Origin: Planctomycetota bacterium
Lineage (GTDB): Bacteria > Planctomycetota > B15-G4 > JADJEK01
Direction of reading: 5' to 3'
Assembly (NCBI GenBank): GCA_044225365.1
Contig: JBGAIQ010000024.1
Span: forward strand, 23,023 to 87,022
DNA: 64,000 bases
Within the stretch, counting starts at the first letter, position 1. The number at the start of each line of letters is the position of its first letter. A model generated the notes under the pieces. The model was not told the DNA's origin, did no database searches, and saw only the letters and a program-made list of their open reading frames with translations. Made by a program: the position numbers and the translations under genes. This document shows, piece after piece, positions 61,120-64,000 of the stretch.

Positions 61120-62022
61120 TCAGCGCCTGCCGGCCCGCCGCGGTGACGCGAGCGCGATCGCGCGGGGGAGATCGTCGAGCAGATCGGTCGCGAGGATGCT
61201 CCGGCCCTTCGTACGCCGCATCGCGAGATCTCCAGCGAGACCGTGGACGTGGGCTCCGAAAGCCGCGGCTTCGAGCGGAGGAAGAAGCTTCAGGAGGGCG
61301 GCGATGAGGCCCGCGAGCACGTCTCCGCAGCCGCCCGTCGCCATCCCGGGATTTCCCGTCGTGTTGATGAACGTCCGTTTGCCATCGGTCACCACCGTCC
61401 GGTGACCCTTGAGGAGCACGATCGACGACAAACGGACCGCCATCGCTTCCGCCGCTGTGATCCGCTTGGCGTCGCTCGTTTCGAGTCGGAGCGCTTGGTT
61501 GGCACCACCCCTGCCCCCTTCGGAGAGCCGCGCGAACTCGCCCGGATGCGGGGTGAGGACGCTGGGGGCCTTGCGATCGGCGATCTTCTGCGTCGCGCCC
61601 ACGAAGGCATTGAGTCCATCGGCGTCGAGAACGAGCGGGATCCCCGTATCGCCGACGAACTGCCGGACGACGGCGACCGTCTCGGGGTCGCACGAGAGCC
61701 CGGGACCGATCGCTGCGGCATCCGATCGTCCCGCGAGTTCGAGCAGATCGGGCAACGCGGACCTCCCGATCGTCCCGCGCGGAGTCGCAGCCATCCCGCG
61801 ATACATGGCGGATGGAGCATGGCCCACGAGTGACGATACGACCTCGCGCGGCGTCGCCAGAGTCACGAGCCCGGCTCCGCCTCGTAACGCGCCCAAGGTC
61901 GCGAGCAACGCCGCGCCCGGCATCGAAGTCGAGCCGGCGACGAGGAGGATCCGCCCGAAATCGCCCTTGTGCGCGACGAGAGCACGCGGCGGAAGATGAG
62001 GGAGGCGGAGCTTCTTCGTCAT
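61120..62022 (-). CDS. nnrD: ADP-dependent NAD(P)H-hydrate dehydratase
   Basis: HKGDFG, GAGLVTL, IGPGL, VLDADGLN, LTPHPGEFARL, LKG, NPGMATGGCGDVLAG. Confidence 0.95.
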   Translation of the reverse strand: MTKKLRLPHLPPRALVAHKGDFGRILLVAGSTSMPGAALLATLGALRGGAGLVTLATPREVVSSLVGHAPSAMYRGMAATPRGTIGRSALPDLLELAGRSDAAAIGPGLSCDPETVAVVRQFVGDTGIPLVLDADGLNAFVGATQKIADRKAPSVLTPHPGEFARLSEGGRGGANQALRLETSDAKRITAAEAMAVRLSSIVLLKGHRTVVTDGKRTFINTTGNPGMATGGCGDVLAGLIAALLKLLPPLEAAAFGAHVHGLAGDLAMRRTKGRSILATDLLDDLPRAIALASPRRAGRR

Positions 62023-63044
62023 GGCAAACGCACCCTCATGCGACCCGTCTCGATCTTCGCGAAGTTGTGAAGCGTCGAGCCACGATATGACGAGAGACGC
62101 TCGAGGATCGACGCATCGATCGCGCAGAAACGCGCCAGCAGCTCGAGGATGAGTGCCTCGTACGCGCGGGCCGATCCGTCGTCGATCTTGATCGCGATCC
62201 CGATCCCGAGCGAAGGCACGCCGCACGCCATCACGCCCTCTGCGCCGATCTTCGAGACCACGCTACCGCCGCAGGCCGTCATCAGATCGGTGTCGATTCG
62301 ATTCGTGCCCGCGACGAGATAGGGACGCGCCATCATCGCCTCGCGGCAGCGCGCGAGCGAAGCTCCGAATCGACCCACCCCGTCCGTTGCCGTCGCGAGG
62401 TTGCGAAACCCGATCGCGAGATTCGCGAGCGGCAATGCAAACGTCGGCGCGGAACAACCGTCGATCGCGATCGCGGGCGCTGTCGCGCCCACCTCCGCGC
62501 ACTCGGCGATCGCCTCGACGATCCGTCGTTGCACCGGATGATCCGGACTCGTGTACGTCGCCTTGTCGGCCCCCAGGCACTCGCAGAACAACAGCATTCC
62601 TGCGTGCTTCCCCGAGCAGTTGCTGCGCATTGGCGTCAGCCGCTCTCCGCGCGATGCGAGCGCGGACGCCACCTTCGGCGAGATCGACGGATGCGGCCCG
62701 CACTTCAGATCCCCTTCCACCGCCCCGCACTTCTGAAGCAGCGCCGCGGCGCGGTCGCGATGCGCGTCCTCGCCGTTGTGCGACGAACAGAGCAGCGCCA
62801 CGTCCTCGCTCGAGAGCTCGAATCGCTCCTTTACCCCCGCCTCGAGCGCGGCCGCCGCCTGGAACGGCTTCGCCGCCGACCGCCAGAACACCGGCGCCTC
62901 GATGTCGCCGAGCGCCATCTCCACCCCGCGCCGCGACACCACGGCGACCCGCCCGCGATGGAACGACTCCACGAGCCCGTCCGCCCCGCCGCGGATCACC
63001 TCGACGAGAACCGGATTCACATCTGACGAGTTCGGTCGATCCAT
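62019..63044 (-). CDS. L-asparaginase II (Rhizobium etli-type)
   Basis: VESFHRG, RSAAKPFQ, CSSHNGE, NCSGKHAG, IDGCSAP, KIGAEGV, KIDDG. Confidence 0.9.
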   Translation of the reverse strand: MDRPNSSDVNPVLVEVIRGGADGLVESFHRGRVAVVSRRGVEMALGDIEAPVFWRSAAKPFQAAAALEAGVKERFELSSEDVALLCSSHNGEDAHRDRAAALLQKCGAVEGDLKCGPHPSISPKVASALASRGERLTPMRSNCSGKHAGMLLFCECLGADKATYTSPDHPVQRRIVEAIAECAEVGATAPAIAIDGCSAPTFALPLANLAIGFRNLATATDGVGRFGASLARCREAMMARPYLVAGTNRIDTDLMTACGGSVVSKIGAEGVMACGVPSLGIGIAIKIDDGSARAYEALILELLARFCAIDASILERLSSYRGSTLHNFAKIETGRMRVRLP

Positions 63045-63188
63045 TCGGAATCCGATTCGAGCGGAGCACACCACGGACGCAAAATCGATTATCGGAACCC
63101 TCTCCTTCGGCCACAACGATTCCCCCGCGTCGCCGAGCGGTATACTCCTCCTCGTCGTACGTGTCCGTCCCACTGCCGAGTTCCATCG

Positions 63189-63596
63189 ATGAGCGCCCTG
63201 ATCGAGGTCAACCTCTCGCGCATCCTGATCCGCGAGAACAACGATCAACAGTTCATCTGCCTCCACGAGAAGGCAGGCCCCCGGCAATTCCACATCGTCA
63301 TCGGCTCTTTCGAAGCCCGCGAGATCAACCGCAAGATCACGCACCAGGAAACCCCGCGCCCCATGACCCACGATCTGGTACGCCAGATCCTCCGCGCTTT
63401 CGAAGCCCGCATCGACCGCGTGGTCATCGACGAGCTGCGCGACTCCACCTTCTTCGCCAAGATCGTCATCAAACAGGGCGACCGCGAACTCATGATCGAT
63501 GCGCGCCCCTCCGACGCCATCGCCATCGCCGTCGCCGAGAAGACCCCGATCTTCGCCTCCAACCTTGTCATCGAGGAGGCCATCAAGAACGCATGA
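63189..63596 (+). CDS. Bifunctional nuclease (DUF151) family protein
   Basis: IVIGSFEA, PRPMTHDL, FFAKI, IDARPSDAIAIA. Confidence 0.93.
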   Translation: MSALIEVNLSRILIRENNDQQFICLHEKAGPRQFHIVIGSFEAREINRKITHQETPRPMTHDLVRQILRAFEARIDRVVIDELRDSTFFAKIVIKQGDRELMIDARPSDAIAIAVAEKTPIFASNLVIEEAIKNA

Positions 63597-63653
63597 CGCG
63601 CGCCCCGCGAACGGGCGCTCGCATCGCGCGGCGACACGGTAGATCCAACAGGC

Positions 63654-63741
63654 GGACGGGTGGCAGAGCGGTCGATTGCGACGGTCTTGAAAACCGTTGA
63701 GGCGCGAGTCTCCGGGGGTTCAAATCCCTCCCCGTCCGCCA
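63654..63741 (+). tRNA. tRNA-Ser (anticodon TGA)
   Basis: Acceptor GGACGGG/CCCGTCC, anticodon arm ACGGT-CTTGAAA-ACCGT, long variable arm, GGTTCAAATCC T-arm, encoded CCA. Confidence 0.97.
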
Positions 63742-63748
63742 CTTCTTA

Positions 63749-63919
63749 TCTCGCACCGGCTCGCAAGGAGTCGCATGGACTCGCATGGAATGGCAGATGT
63801 CGGCGCGAGTACGAGGTCGGAAATAGACCGTTGAAATCGGGGTGAAAACGGCCTTCCTCGCAAGGACTCGCACTGGCTCGCACTGCTTCGCGTGGGCACT
63901 GCTATCGCTGGTGCTATCG
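63749..63919. repeat. Phased repeats after tRNA-Ser (attachment-site-like)
   Basis: TCGCA at 63751/61/71/81; TCGCR at 63858/68/78/88; TGCTATCG at 63900 and 63912. Confidence 0.7.
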
Positions 63920-64000
63920 GTCAGCAGCGCAGCAGACGCGAACTCAGCGCGGAATCGCCCAGTTCTCCTCGTTCTGCCGTTCTCGTTAGCATTCGATTGG

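Noticed and set aside
63749-63897. Repeats as a CRISPR array
   Set aside because: Units are 10 bp with no unique spacers and no cas genes

Overview
GC-rich bacterial chromosomal segment, mostly housekeeping genes, that spans the probable replication origin (parB with an internal parS, then dnaA - putative oriC - dnaN - dciA - gyrB; gyrA about 30 kb downstream). A diderm is indicated by kdsD/kdsC/lptD. Planctomycetota is my inference from the GyrA HPHGEAVVYPT motif, the long-insert signal peptidase I, the LptD type and the stand-alone rpsD. Other content: a complete bacillithiol operon (bshC-bshB1-bshA) plus cysteine desulfurase, an LPS-export locus with a giant LptC/LptA-like protein, two ECF sigma/anti-sigma/periplasmic-protein modules, a PilM-PilN fusion, carB, ribBA, fmt-rsmB, scpA, arginase, asparaginase II, and tRNA-Ser(TGA) followed by phased 10-bp repeats resembling an integrative-element attachment flank. 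The most unusual signals are a large HPr-domain fusion protein where parA normally sits, a sigma factor that appears to need an ATC start, a structured rpsD leader with alternative pairing, a cyclophilin pseudo-enzyme fusion and several unannotated small proteins. No CRISPR array, rRNA, transposase or integrase is visible. All calls come from reading motifs by eye; no database searches were run.
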